From assembly GCA_965214935.1 (NCBI GenBank), contig CBDCCS010000022.1, positions 320,001 through 384,000 on the forward strand: a DNA stretch of 64,000 nt, written 5' to 3'. Below, piece by piece: positions 9,610-18,549 of the stretch. The notes under the pieces are model-generated. The model searched no databases. It worked only from the letters and a program-made list of their open reading frames with translations, and was not told the DNA's origin. How positions within the stretch are numbered: the stretch's first letter is position 1; each line of letters begins with the position of its first letter. Source of the stretch: Candidatus Velthaea sp. GTDB lineage: Bacteria > Vulcanimicrobiota > Vulcanimicrobiia > Vulcanimicrobiales > Vulcanimicrobiaceae. A program made the position numbers and the translations under genes.

Positions 9610-9840
9610 TCAGCGTTGCAGTAGCGGACCGTTCGCTTCGACGATATCGACAAGTTGCGCATACCGATACGCCTCGCGTCCGACCGGGTCGGCCGAGGCG
9701 TTCGCGGCGTGTGGCGCGTTGACGGGATAAGTAATGATCCGATCCTCTTGGACCGAGGCAATCCAGCGTGCGATGCGTTCGTGGCCCTTGAGTACGAGGA
9801 GCGCTTCACGGTTGGCGAAGTGCAGTGCGGTCTGGCGCAT
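9610..9840 (-). CDS. Small hypothetical protein (76 aa), possibly a distant Sm-like fold
   Basis: AAGGAAAG RBS before ATG 9840; sequence MRQTALHFANREALLVLKG...YRYAQLVDIVE. Confidence 0.55.
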   Translation of the reverse strand: MRQTALHFANREALLVLKGHERIARWIASVQEDRIITYPVNAPHAANASADPVGREAYRYAQLVDIVEANGPLLQR

Positions 9841-10011
9841 AAATCCGGCTTTCCTTAAGATCGGGGCCGCCGATGCGGTCCACATCACGACCATACGCTC
9901 TTCGGCAGCAAAATGGGGGAAAGCCGCGCTAAGAAACGATAGCTTGGCTTGGTATGGAAAGCGGCCCGCCAAGCCCTCGAGTCTTACATCGTTCCTTCCG
10001 ATAGTTGTTAG

Positions 10012-10218
10012 GTGAAGATCGAGGCAAAGACGGATTCGGTGGTGCTCCGATGTTCGGGTGGGACGCGAGTCGGCGCGCCATGCCGCGGTCACGCGCGTTA
10101 CCGCTGCTCGTGCGGCGGCCGCTGGTGCGGCACCCATGTCGTTCGCGCCGGTTCCGAATTGCGCTGTCCGTCATGTGGGTTGATCCCGGAAGTCGCAACG
10201 AGTCCCGGTTTAGGCTGA
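10012..10218 (+). CDS. Small Cys/His-rich putative zinc-binding protein
   Basis: Seven Cys in 68 aa: C-x9-C, CSCGGRWCGTH, CPSCG. Confidence 0.55.
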   Translation: MKIEAKTDSVVLRCSGGTRVGAPCRGHARYRCSCGGRWCGTHVVRAGSELRCPSCGLIPEVATSPGLG

Positions 10219-10485
10219 ACCCGGCGCCGCGAGCGCTTCAAGTTCCGCTGAACCGGGCGCCATCAGTGGATCTTCCAGCGTTGCGGCGAGCGTTGCGCCG
10301 TCAGGCAATGGTAAATCTTCGTCGAGCGGCCGCTGCAAAGCGAGCGTCAGCGCGCCATCCAAGCCGCTGCTGAGTCCGCGAATCTCCCAGCCTTGGGCGC
10401 CCATGAGCGCCAGCGTCGGATCGATTCCGCCGGGCACATGATCCGGCTCGATACGATAGAAAGTAAACTCGAACCGGCTGCGCAT
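10210..10485 (-). CDS. Small DUF4177-like protein
   Basis: RFEFTFY...LALMGAQGWEI...LQRP pattern typical of DUF4177. Confidence 0.6.
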   Translation of the reverse strand: MRSRFEFTFYRIEPDHVPGGIDPTLALMGAQGWEIRGLSSGLDGALTLALQRPLDEDLPLPDGATLAATLEDPLMAPGSAELEALAAPGSA

Positions 10486-10587
10486 TGCTAGCCTCTACCC
10501 TAACCGGTGCGGAATGCTACCGTGCACAGCTCGGCCTTTGCAGCTATCGGTGCGAGCGGTGCAAAGGCTGCCCGAGCGTAAAACGGC

Positions 10588-11742
10588 GTGATGACTAGCG
10601 CGACGACCACGCCCGCCCGCTTTCGCGAACGATTCGGCGGTTTAGAGCAAAACACGTGGCTGGTCAGTCACTCGATGGGCGCTGCACCCCTCGCGGCGCA
10701 ACCGGCACTGACCGAATACTGGACGCGTTGGGCGCAAGACGGGCCTGAGGCTTGGCGACACTGGCTCGGGGAAGCGCGCGCGATCGCCGACGGCATCGGC
10801 GCGTTGATCGGCGCACCGGCCGCGAGCGTTTCGCTCGTTCCGAACGTCTCTCTCTCCCAAGCGGCGATTGCATCCTCGCTAAATTTTCCGCCTGAACGCA
10901 ATGAAGTCGTGCTCGAAGCACTGCAATTTCCCACTTTGTCCTACGTCTGGAAAGCCTGGGAGCGCTACGGCGCGGTCGTGCGGTACGTGCCGACCGACGA
11001 CGGCATGACCATTCCGACGCAGCGAATCGTTGAGGCAATCGGTCCGCGCACGGCTGTCGTCGTGCTGTCGCACGCGTACTATCAGTCGGGCGCGCTCGTC
11101 GATGTGCCGCCGATCATTGCGCGCGCGCACGCAATGGGCGCATTGGTCATTCTCGATACGTATCAGACAACGGGCGTGGTGCCGTACGACGTCCTTCGAC
11201 TCGACGTCGACTTCGCCGTCGGCGGCTCGCACAAATGGCTCTGCGGCGGGCCCGGCTGCGGGTTTCTCTACGCCCGTCCGCGCGCGGCCGGCCGGCTCGA
11301 ACCGGCCGTGACCGGATGGTTCGGTCACGCCGATCCATTCGGGTTTGCACCGGCTCCGATGCGCTACGATGCCGGCGCGATGCGTTGGGCGACCGGCACG
11401 CCGACCGTACCCGGCTACCTTGTCGCGCGAGCCGGTCACGAGGTCATCGCTCGAGCGGGCATCGAGAACATTCGCGCCCACAACGTCCGCCTGACGGTAA
11501 AGATCGTCGAGGCCGCTCTCGAACGCGATTTGACCGTTCGGACACCGCTCGATCCGCCTGCGCGAACCGGTTGGATCGGCGTCGATGTACCCGACGGTGC
11601 ACGACTGGTCGACGAACTCCACGCACGCCGCGTGTTCGTCGATTACCGGCCGGGTTGCGGCATTCGCCTTTCGCCGCATCTGTATACGACGGACGCGGAG
11701 GTCGAGCACTTTTTCGCCGAACTCGACGCATTACGCCGCTAG
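10588..11742 (+). CDS. Kynureninase-like class V PLP-dependent enzyme
   Basis: SHSMGAAP, LDTYQTTG, GGSHKWLCGGPG (PLP lysine), TGWFGH, IRLSPHLY. Confidence 0.88.
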   Translation: MMTSATTTPARFRERFGGLEQNTWLVSHSMGAAPLAAQPALTEYWTRWAQDGPEAWRHWLGEARAIADGIGALIGAPAASVSLVPNVSLSQAAIASSLNFPPERNEVVLEALQFPTLSYVWKAWERYGAVVRYVPTDDGMTIPTQRIVEAIGPRTAVVVLSHAYYQSGALVDVPPIIARAHAMGALVILDTYQTTGVVPYDVLRLDVDFAVGGSHKWLCGGPGCGFLYARPRAAGRLEPAVTGWFGHADPFGFAPAPMRYDAGAMRWATGTPTVPGYLVARAGHEVIARAGIENIRAHNVRLTVKIVEAALERDLTVRTPLDPPARTGWIGVDVPDGARLVDELHARRVFVDYRPGCGIRLSPHLYTTDAEVEHFFAELDALRR

Positions 11743-11750
11743 GCGCCGGC

Positions 11751-13013
11751 GTGCCGCAAGCCGGCCGGCAGCATACCTGGAACGTCCTTGCGCTGCTGGT
11801 TGCCTGTCAGACGATCGCCTACATCGACCGGGTAAATTTGTCGGTTGCAGCACCGGTGCTCGTTGCGACCTATCATTACACGACCGCGCGTGTCGGCGTG
11901 CTCTTTTCAATCTTCAATTGGGTGTTTACCATCGCGATTTTGTTTGCCGGACCGTTCGTCGATCGCGTCCGGCCGCGCATCGCTTATGGGTTCGGCGCTT
12001 CGCTGTGGTCGGCCGGTACGCTCCTCTGCGGACTGACGACGGCCTTTGGGGCACTCGCCGTCTTTCGCGGGCTCGTCGGCATTGGCGAAGGACCGATGAT
12101 CCCGGCAGGACAGCGCGTCATTCGCGAGACGTTTTCGCCGGCACAACGGACGCGGGCGGTCGGCGCGTTTTTCGCCGGTAACAAAATTGGTCTCGCCGTC
12201 GGCATTCCGCTATCTGCCGTAACGCTGCACGCGCTGGGTCTGCCCTGGCTCTTTTATCTAACCGGTTCCCTCGGCTTTGCGTGGCTCGCGCTTTTTCTCG
12301 CCGTGTATCGGACCGCCCAACGCAGTGCGGCTGACTCGCGTATCGACTGGGTGCGGCTCCTGCGCTACCGCGCAACATGGGGCATGATGCTCGCGAACGC
12401 CGGCTATCTCTACATGTACTATGTGTTTGCTACCTGGCTGCCGGGCTATCTGGTCATTGAACGGCACTTGTCGATCCTCAATAGCGGCTTTGTCGGAATG
12501 CTGCCGTTCGTTGTCGGCTTTTTCGTTACGCTCGCCGGAGGCTGGCTTGGCGACTACCTGCTCGCCCGCGGAATCCGCCGCACGATCGTCCGCAGAAGCA
12601 TCGCGATCGGCGGTTTGCTAGCGGCGACCGTCATGACGATTCTCGGCGCGTTTGCGACCGGGACGTGGGCCGCCGTTACCTTTCTCACGCTGTCGGTGGC
12701 CGCGTTTAGTTTTGCAACTGCCGCGCTGCAAGCAATTCCGGTCGACGTCGCACCAGCCGAACTCGTTTCATCGCTCGCAGCATTGCACAATTTCGGCGGC
12801 AATCTGGCCGCCTCGTTTGCGCCGTTCGTCACCGGATTGTTGATTTCGCGCAGCGGTAGTTTTCTCGTCCCGCTTCTGGTAACGGCGGCCGTGGCACTCG
12901 TGTTGGGCGTTTTGCCGCTGGTGTTCGTTATCGGCAACATCGACGGTGAACTCGGCAGCACCGCAGGCGGAACGTCCGGCATCCGGCCGGTGCGGCCACG
13001 GGGCAACTCATAA
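11751..13013 (+). CDS. MFS transporter (anion:cation symporter-like)
   Basis: IAYIDRVNLSVAAP, RGLVGIGEGP, TWLPGYL; about 12 TM segments; GTG start at 11751. Confidence 0.92.
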   Translation: MPQAGRQHTWNVLALLVACQTIAYIDRVNLSVAAPVLVATYHYTTARVGVLFSIFNWVFTIAILFAGPFVDRVRPRIAYGFGASLWSAGTLLCGLTTAFGALAVFRGLVGIGEGPMIPAGQRVIRETFSPAQRTRAVGAFFAGNKIGLAVGIPLSAVTLHALGLPWLFYLTGSLGFAWLALFLAVYRTAQRSAADSRIDWVRLLRYRATWGMMLANAGYLYMYYVFATWLPGYLVIERHLSILNSGFVGMLPFVVGFFVTLAGGWLGDYLLARGIRRTIVRRSIAIGGLLAATVMTILGAFATGTWAAVTFLTLSVAAFSFATAALQAIPVDVAPAELVSSLAALHNFGGNLAASFAPFVTGLLISRSGSFLVPLLVTAAVALVLGVLPLVFVIGNIDGELGSTAGGTSGIRPVRPRGNS

Positions 13014-13763
13014 CAACAATTCACGCATTTCGGCATGCACGAGTCCGTTGGTCGCAAGCACCGAGCCGCGTGCAATATCGAGTTCTGACCCGCCGATCGC
13101 GCTTATCGTGCCGCCGGCGGCACTCACGATAACGGCGCCCGCGGCGATGTCCCACGGCTTGAGATCCCACTCCCAAAATGCCTCGAACCGCCCGCCCGCG
13201 ACAAAGGCTAAATCGAGAGCGGCGGAACCGTCGCGCCGCACGGCTTGCGCGGTGGTCGAAAGCGTAGCGAAATTCTTTCCGTTGCGCTCGTATCCGCTCG
13301 GCACGAAGCCGGTACACACGAGACCGTCGACAACCGCAGCGATCGGTGAAACGCGAATCGTCTTGCCGTTGAGCGTTGCGCTCGCGCCGCGCCGCGCCGC
13401 GTAGAGTTCATCGAGGACCGGTGCGTAAATTGCGCCGGCTTCGAGCAGGCCGTCACGTTCGTATGCAATCGAGACACAAAACAGCGGATAGCGGTGCGCG
13501 TAATTCGTCGTTCCGTCGAGTGGATCGACGATGAAGCGCTCGTTGCCGGAGCCGGCGTAAACGCCGCCTTCTTCACCGAGTATCGCGGCACTCGGAAACG
13601 TAGCTGCGATCCGCGCGACGATAAGCGCTTCCGACGCGCGATCGGCGTCGGTTACCAGGTCCGCCTTGTGCTTCAGACTGATCTCTCGCGGACGGTCGAG
13701 TCGTTCTGCGAGCAGCGCTCCGGCCTCCCGAGCAACGGAGGTAATGAAATCGAGCGGGTCCAC
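13008..13763 (-). CDS. suhB: Inositol monophosphatase family protein
   Basis: DLVTDAD, GEE, VDPLDGTTNY, GSAALDL, WDIAAG; GAGGAG RBS before GTG 13763. Confidence 0.93.
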   Translation of the reverse strand: MDPLDFITSVAREAGALLAERLDRPREISLKHKADLVTDADRASEALIVARIAATFPSAAILGEEGGVYAGSGNERFIVDPLDGTTNYAHRYPLFCVSIAYERDGLLEAGAIYAPVLDELYAARRGASATLNGKTIRVSPIAAVVDGLVCTGFVPSGYERNGKNFATLSTTAQAVRRDGSAALDLAFVAGGRFEAFWEWDLKPWDIAAGAVIVSAAGGTISAIGGSELDIARGSVLATNGLVHAEMRELLL

Positions 13764-13791
13764 GGCTCTCCTCGAACGTAACGACGGGGTG

Positions 13792-14265
13792 ATGTGGACA
13801 GGTAATCGCTCCCGTGCCGATCGCATCCTCGCGGCAATCGAGATCCCGGCCCTCGGGCTGTGGCTCGGTGCGCTCTGCGGTTTTGCGTTTATCTTCGCAC
13901 CGATCGCCTTTCGCATCGTTGCGCCGCTGGATGTCGGCCGCTTTGCGGCATTGACGTCGGCGATCTTGACGTCGCTTTCGGTGCTAGGTTACGTCTGTGG
14001 CGGGATAGCAATAGTCATGGCGCTCTGGCGCTCGCGCGACGCCGGCGACCGCATCTTTGATTTCACCCGCGCGCTATTGATCGCCGCGGCCTTAGCGCTT
14101 GTCTGGTTTGAATCGCGCGCGATCGTACCGGCGATGGCTGCGGTAAGCGATCTTGGTTCTGCGCAATATCATGCCTTGCACAGCCGCTCGTCGATCGTTT
14201 ACGGCGGCGTCGTTATACTCGGACTCATCGCGATCGTCATGGCCGCCGCACGCCGGGAAGGCTAG
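13792..14265 (+). CDS. DUF4149-like membrane protein
   Basis: LWLGALCGFAFIFAPIAF...YHALHSRS; four TM segments. Confidence 0.75.
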   Translation: MWTGNRSRADRILAAIEIPALGLWLGALCGFAFIFAPIAFRIVAPLDVGRFAALTSAILTSLSVLGYVCGGIAIVMALWRSRDAGDRIFDFTRALLIAAALALVWFESRAIVPAMAAVSDLGSAQYHALHSRSSIVYGGVVILGLIAIVMAAARREG

Positions 14266-14270
14266 ATTCG

Positions 14271-15599
14271 ATGCCGCCGGCGGTCGCGGCGTCCGAACGA
14301 TCGGCGTTTCGCGAAGGCTTCCTCTCGGATTTCATCGGCATGCGCGTGAGTGCACGCACGGAAGGCGCGAACGTCGCCGCCGGAACCGTCGTCGATTTCC
14401 TCGTTAGCCGCCCCGAAGACATGTTTCCGCGGATCGATGCGGTCAAGATCAAGACCGGTGCGGGTCTGCGTATCGTGCCGATCAACGAAGTAACGATCAG
14501 CCGCACCGGGCCGCTGTTCATCGATCGGCCCGCGACGATCGCATCACCCGCCGACGATGCGGCACTCTATTTAGTAGAAGATCTGCTCGATAAGCAAATC
14601 GTCGACGTCGACGGTCGCAAAGTCGTGCGCATCAACGACCTCGAACTTGCCATGACGGCCGGCTCCCTGCGCGTCGTCGCAGCCGAAGTCGGCGTTGCCG
14701 GACTCTTACGGCGTTTGGGCATCGGTCATCTCGCGCGAGCCTGGGTCGATCGGGTTCCGCGTACGCTCATCGCCTGGAATAACGTCGCACCGATACACGA
14801 TCTGAATCCAAGTGAAATCCGGCTCTCGATCAGCGAAGGCCGCCTGTCGCGCTTGCACCCCTCGGACCTTGCCGAAATTATCGGCGAACTTTCGGCCCAA
14901 GACGCCGCCCGTGTCGTCGGTTCGCTCGACGACGAAGACGCCGCCGACGCGCTCGAACACATGGACGCCGAGCAGCAGCGAACGATCATCGAGGATCTCG
15001 GCACCGAACGCGCCGCCGACATCATCGAAGAGATGGAGTCCGACGACGCGGCCGATCTGCTCGGCGATCTTCCGCAGGACCGGCAGGCCGAATTGCTTGC
15101 CGAAATGGATGCGCAAACCGCCGAAGATCTGCGCGAACTCGTCCGTTATGGCGAGCACACGGCGGGCGGTTTGATGACCACCGATTACGTCTGGATTTAT
15201 CCGCACCGTACGGTAGCGGCGACGATCGAAAAACTGCGCGAGTTCGCCCAAGAAATCGAGTTCGTCTATTATTTGTATGTGATCGATCCGTCCGACAATC
15301 TCTTAGGTTTGCTTAGTCTTCGAACGCTGCTGCTTGCCGATCCGGCATCGACGATCGCCGACGTCATGATGACCGACGTGGTTAGTGTCGAGCCGGAGAC
15401 CAGCGCGCAAGATGTCGCCGCCATCATCGCACGCTACGACCTGCTGGCGTGTCCGGTGCTCGATGAAGCCGGGATCATGCAAGGTATCGTCACGGTCGAT
15501 GATGCGATCGATACGATCTTGCCCGATCGGCTCAAACGCACGCTACCGCGCTTTACCAAACGCCACGCGGCGGCGCAGCACACCGCGAGCCGCGACTAA
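14271..15599 (+). CDS. MgtE intracellular N-domain/CBS protein (PRC-barrel N-terminus, no TM domain)
   Basis: LLDKQIVDVDGRKVVRIND, LHPSDLAEII, AADIIEEMESDDAADLL, TAGGLMTT, GIVTVDD. Confidence 0.9.
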   Translation: MPPAVAASERSAFREGFLSDFIGMRVSARTEGANVAAGTVVDFLVSRPEDMFPRIDAVKIKTGAGLRIVPINEVTISRTGPLFIDRPATIASPADDAALYLVEDLLDKQIVDVDGRKVVRINDLELAMTAGSLRVVAAEVGVAGLLRRLGIGHLARAWVDRVPRTLIAWNNVAPIHDLNPSEIRLSISEGRLSRLHPSDLAEIIGELSAQDAARVVGSLDDEDAADALEHMDAEQQRTIIEDLGTERAADIIEEMESDDAADLLGDLPQDRQAELLAEMDAQTAEDLRELVRYGEHTAGGLMTTDYVWIYPHRTVAATIEKLREFAQEIEFVYYLYVIDPSDNLLGLLSLRTLLLADPASTIADVMMTDVVSVEPETSAQDVAAIIARYDLLACPVLDEAGIMQGIVTVDDAIDTILPDRLKRTLPRFTKRHAAAQHTASRD

Positions 15600-15605
15600 C
15601 TCGGC

Positions 15606-16922
15606 ATGGAACCGGCGAACGCGCCGCAGCGGCGGCCCAGCCGCTGGCGCACCGTCTTGATGTTCTTCTCCGTCATCGGTCCGGGGATCATCACGGCAAA
15701 TGCCGACAACGATGTCGGCGGCATACAGACGTACTCGCTCGCCGGCGCGCAATTCGGCTACTCGATGTTGTGGCTGCTCATCCCGGTCACACTGGCGCTC
15801 ATCGTCACCCAAGAGATGTGCGCGCGCATGGGTGCCATTACGGGTAAGGGCCTTGCCGATCTGATCCGCGAGAACTTCGGCGTGCGGGTGACGTTCTTCG
15901 TTCTACTGCTTTTCGTGCTGGGCGATCTCGGCAACACGGCAGCCGAATTTGCCGGCGTCGCGTATGCATCGCCGGTATTCGCCACCTATCTTCCGTTCCT
16001 CAATAAGTACGTGCTGGTCATCGGCGCAGCCGTGCTCGTCTTTACGATGGTGACGCGCGGTAACTACAAAGTCGTCGAGAAAGTCTTCTTCGCTTTTTGC
16101 GTCGTGTATTTGGCGTATGTCGTGAGCGGCTTCCTCGTGCACCCGCCCTGGCATGAAGTTCTCGCACAAACGTTCGTTCCGCACTTCGTTCCGACGCAGG
16201 CCTATCTGCTCACCGCGATCGGCGTCATCGGCACCACCATCTCGCCGTGGATGCAATTCTACATTCAATCATCGGTCGTGGAAAAAGGCATACGGGTCAA
16301 AGACTACGCGTTCTCGCGCATCGATGTGATCAGCGGTGCCATCATCACCGATATCATTGCTTACTTCATCATCGTTGCGTGCGCGGCAACGATTTTCGTT
16401 GCGAACGCTCATCTTGCGCCCGGTGCAACGCGGCTCGACGTGCAGAATCCGGGCGACATTGCAACCGCCTTGGTGCCGCTCGCCGGTAAATATGCATCGC
16501 TTCTCTTTGCGCTCGGATTGCTCAATGCGGCAATCTTCACCGCCTCGATTCTCCCCTTGTCGACAGCCTACTATGTGTGCGAGGCGTTCGGCTTCGAATC
16601 GGGCGTGCGGCGGCGGTTTCGTGAAGCACCGGTCTTCTATTCATTGTATCTCGCGCTCATCGTGATCGGCGGCGGTTTCGTTCTGATCCCCAACGCACCA
16701 CTCGTTGCAATCATCTTTTATTCGCAGGTCCTCAACGGCGTGCTGCTGCCGGTCGTGCTCGTGCTGATGCTGCTGCTCATCAACCGGCCGCGTCTAATGG
16801 GCACATACGTCAACAACTTTGCATTCAATGCAATCGCTTGGGCGACGGTCGTTATCGTCGGATTGTTGACGATTGTTTCGACGGTTCAGACGATGCTGTC
16901 GGGCAACGGCGCCGGCAGTTGA
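15606..16922 (+). CDS. NRAMP-related divalent cation (probably Mg2+) transporter
   Basis: GPGIITANADNDVGG, QEMCARMG, GTTISPWMQF, SQVLNG. Confidence 0.9.
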   Translation: MEPANAPQRRPSRWRTVLMFFSVIGPGIITANADNDVGGIQTYSLAGAQFGYSMLWLLIPVTLALIVTQEMCARMGAITGKGLADLIRENFGVRVTFFVLLLFVLGDLGNTAAEFAGVAYASPVFATYLPFLNKYVLVIGAAVLVFTMVTRGNYKVVEKVFFAFCVVYLAYVVSGFLVHPPWHEVLAQTFVPHFVPTQAYLLTAIGVIGTTISPWMQFYIQSSVVEKGIRVKDYAFSRIDVISGAIITDIIAYFIIVACAATIFVANAHLAPGATRLDVQNPGDIATALVPLAGKYASLLFALGLLNAAIFTASILPLSTAYYVCEAFGFESGVRRRFREAPVFYSLYLALIVIGGGFVLIPNAPLVAIIFYSQVLNGVLLPVVLVLMLLLINRPRLMGTYVNNFAFNAIAWATVVIVGLLTIVSTVQTMLSGNGAGS

Positions 16923-17007
16923 ACCCGCATCGCGCACGCCAGACTGACTTTTAGCCCGTTCCAACGACCCGATGGATTCTCGCCGGCGTGGTCCAATTGA
17001 CGTACGT

Positions 17008-17337
17008 TTAGGAGGCTTTCACGGCCCATTGACCGATTGCAAAGGCGATTAAGACAAATACGCTCGAACCGATCGTGATTGCGAGCGCCACATTTTCCCG
17101 GCCGGCGCGGCGACCGATTCCATTTGCCGCCATATAACCGAACCAGCCCAACAACGCAAAAATGTAATGCAGCGTCGGCGCCTTGAGATGCGTGGAAAGC
17201 ACCCAACCGCCGACGAGAATGTGGACGGTAAGTAAATACAACATCACGCGACGGCCCCACGGCCACCAGATCAAAAGGACAGCACTTGCCGCGATGAGGA
17301 AAGCGAGACCGTAATGCACGAGGAGAGCGTTGTTCAT
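17008..17337 (-). CDS. Small four-TM hypothetical membrane protein
   Basis: Hydrophobic ORF MNNALLVHYGLAFL...AIGQWAVKAS. Confidence 0.7.
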   Translation of the reverse strand: MNNALLVHYGLAFLIAASAVLLIWWPWGRRVMLYLLTVHILVGGWVLSTHLKAPTLHYIFALLGWFGYMAANGIGRRAGRENVALAITIGSSVFVLIAFAIGQWAVKAS

Positions 17338-18549
17338 GCGCGGCGCGTTCGCCGCGACGGCACGGATGCATTGCTCGCATTTGCCGAAGCACTCGCGCGC
17401 ATTGCCGCGGGCGGCGGCGGTTCGCAAGCACTCGCTGCACATCTCGCGTCGGTTCTCGATGCCGCGGTGCTTGTCGAAGATGCCGAATGGCGTCATCTTG
17501 CATTAGCCGGCACCGGCGACCGTTCTGTTCCACCGTCCGTGCGCGAACTGCTGCCGCGCGATCTGAGCGATGCAAGTGACGGCCTCAACCTCGCCGCGCC
17601 GGCCGATCAGCGTTCGCGCGCCTTTCCGATCCGCGCCGGTGAAGCGCGGCTGGGCTGGCTTTCGATCTTTCCGGCAGCGGGCAATCTCGATGGTAAACAT
17701 GGCGTCATCCGGTTAACCGCGGCGTCCATTGCCGTTGAACTATCGCGCGACAACGGCGGCAGTAAAGGCCGCCGGCGCTCGTTTTGGGACCGCTTGCTGG
17801 CGCGCGCCTACGACGACCCGATCGAAGCTCGCGAGGACGCAACGGCCCGCGGCATCGCACTAGCACCCGGCTATGTTGCCGTAGCGATCGAAGGTGAAGG
17901 GCTCGACGAAGTCAGCGCGCTGCAAAAGAACGCCGAGATTCGGCGCGTGTGCCTCGATACGCTCGGCACGCGAACCGGCGACGTGGTCGTCATCGAACGT
18001 GGGGGCGGCTTCCTCTTCTTGGTTCCGGCTCCGCATGAAGTCGATGCGCAAAACGCGCGGACGGCCGCGACGCTCATTCCGCGCGGCATCACGCGCGCGG
18101 GCATCGATGTGAAAGTCGTCGGCGGCGTCGGCTTACATGCCGAGATGCTCAAAGTCGCGCAGAGCGTTGACGAAGCGCGCGAAGCACTCACGATTGCACG
18201 CCGCATGTTCGGCGGTGCACGCGTGATGCCGCACGACGATTTGGGCGTCTACCCGCTGCTGTATCGCGGCGGCGTACAGCGCGATGATTGGAAGACCTTT
18301 GCCGATCGCGTGCTCGAGCCATTACGCAACTACGATGAAAAGCATCAGACTGAACTCGTCCGAACGTTACGGTTGTTTTTCGACGTCGGCCAAAATATCA
18401 AAGTGGCGGCGGCGGCGCTCAACGTCCATCGGCACACGGTGTTCTACCGGTTACGTCAGATCGCCGAGATCGGCGGGCTCGATCTCGATAGCCCGCACGA
18501 CCAACTGACGCTCCGCGCGGCGATAGCAATCGATGCTCTCGGCGGTTAA
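17314..18549 (+). CDS. PucR/CdaR-family transcriptional regulator (start uncertain)
   Basis: C-terminal LEPLRNYDEKHQTELVRTL...AAAALNVHRHTVFYRLRQI helix-turn-helix. Confidence 0.92.
   Translation: MHEESVVHARRVRRDGTDALLAFAEALARIAAGGGGSQALAAHLASVLDAAVLVEDAEWRHLALAGTGDRSVPPSVRELLPRDLSDASDGLNLAAPADQRSRAFPIRAGEARLGWLSIFPAAGNLDGKHGVIRLTAASIAVELSRDNGGSKGRRRSFWDRLLARAYDDPIEAREDATARGIALAPGYVAVAIEGEGLDEVSALQKNAEIRRVCLDTLGTRTGDVVVIERGGGFLFLVPAPHEVDAQNARTAATLIPRGITRAGIDVKVVGGVGLHAEMLKVAQSVDEAREALTIARRMFGGARVMPHDDLGVYPLLYRGGVQRDDWKTFADRVLEPLRNYDEKHQTELVRTLRLFFDVGQNIKVAAAALNVHRHTVFYRLRQIAEIGGLDLDSPHDQLTLRAAIAIDALGG

Noticed and set aside
9900..10010. Structured RNA candidate (GGCTTGG...CCAAGCC stem)
   Set aside because: No recognisable riboswitch or ncRNA consensus; compatible with a divergent promoter region.
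11235..11750. Long N-terminal extensions on the MFS, ABC ATPase (57228), nuoD and similar ORFs
   Set aside because: They overlap bona fide upstream genes and are Arg-rich shadow translations typical of high-GC DNA.
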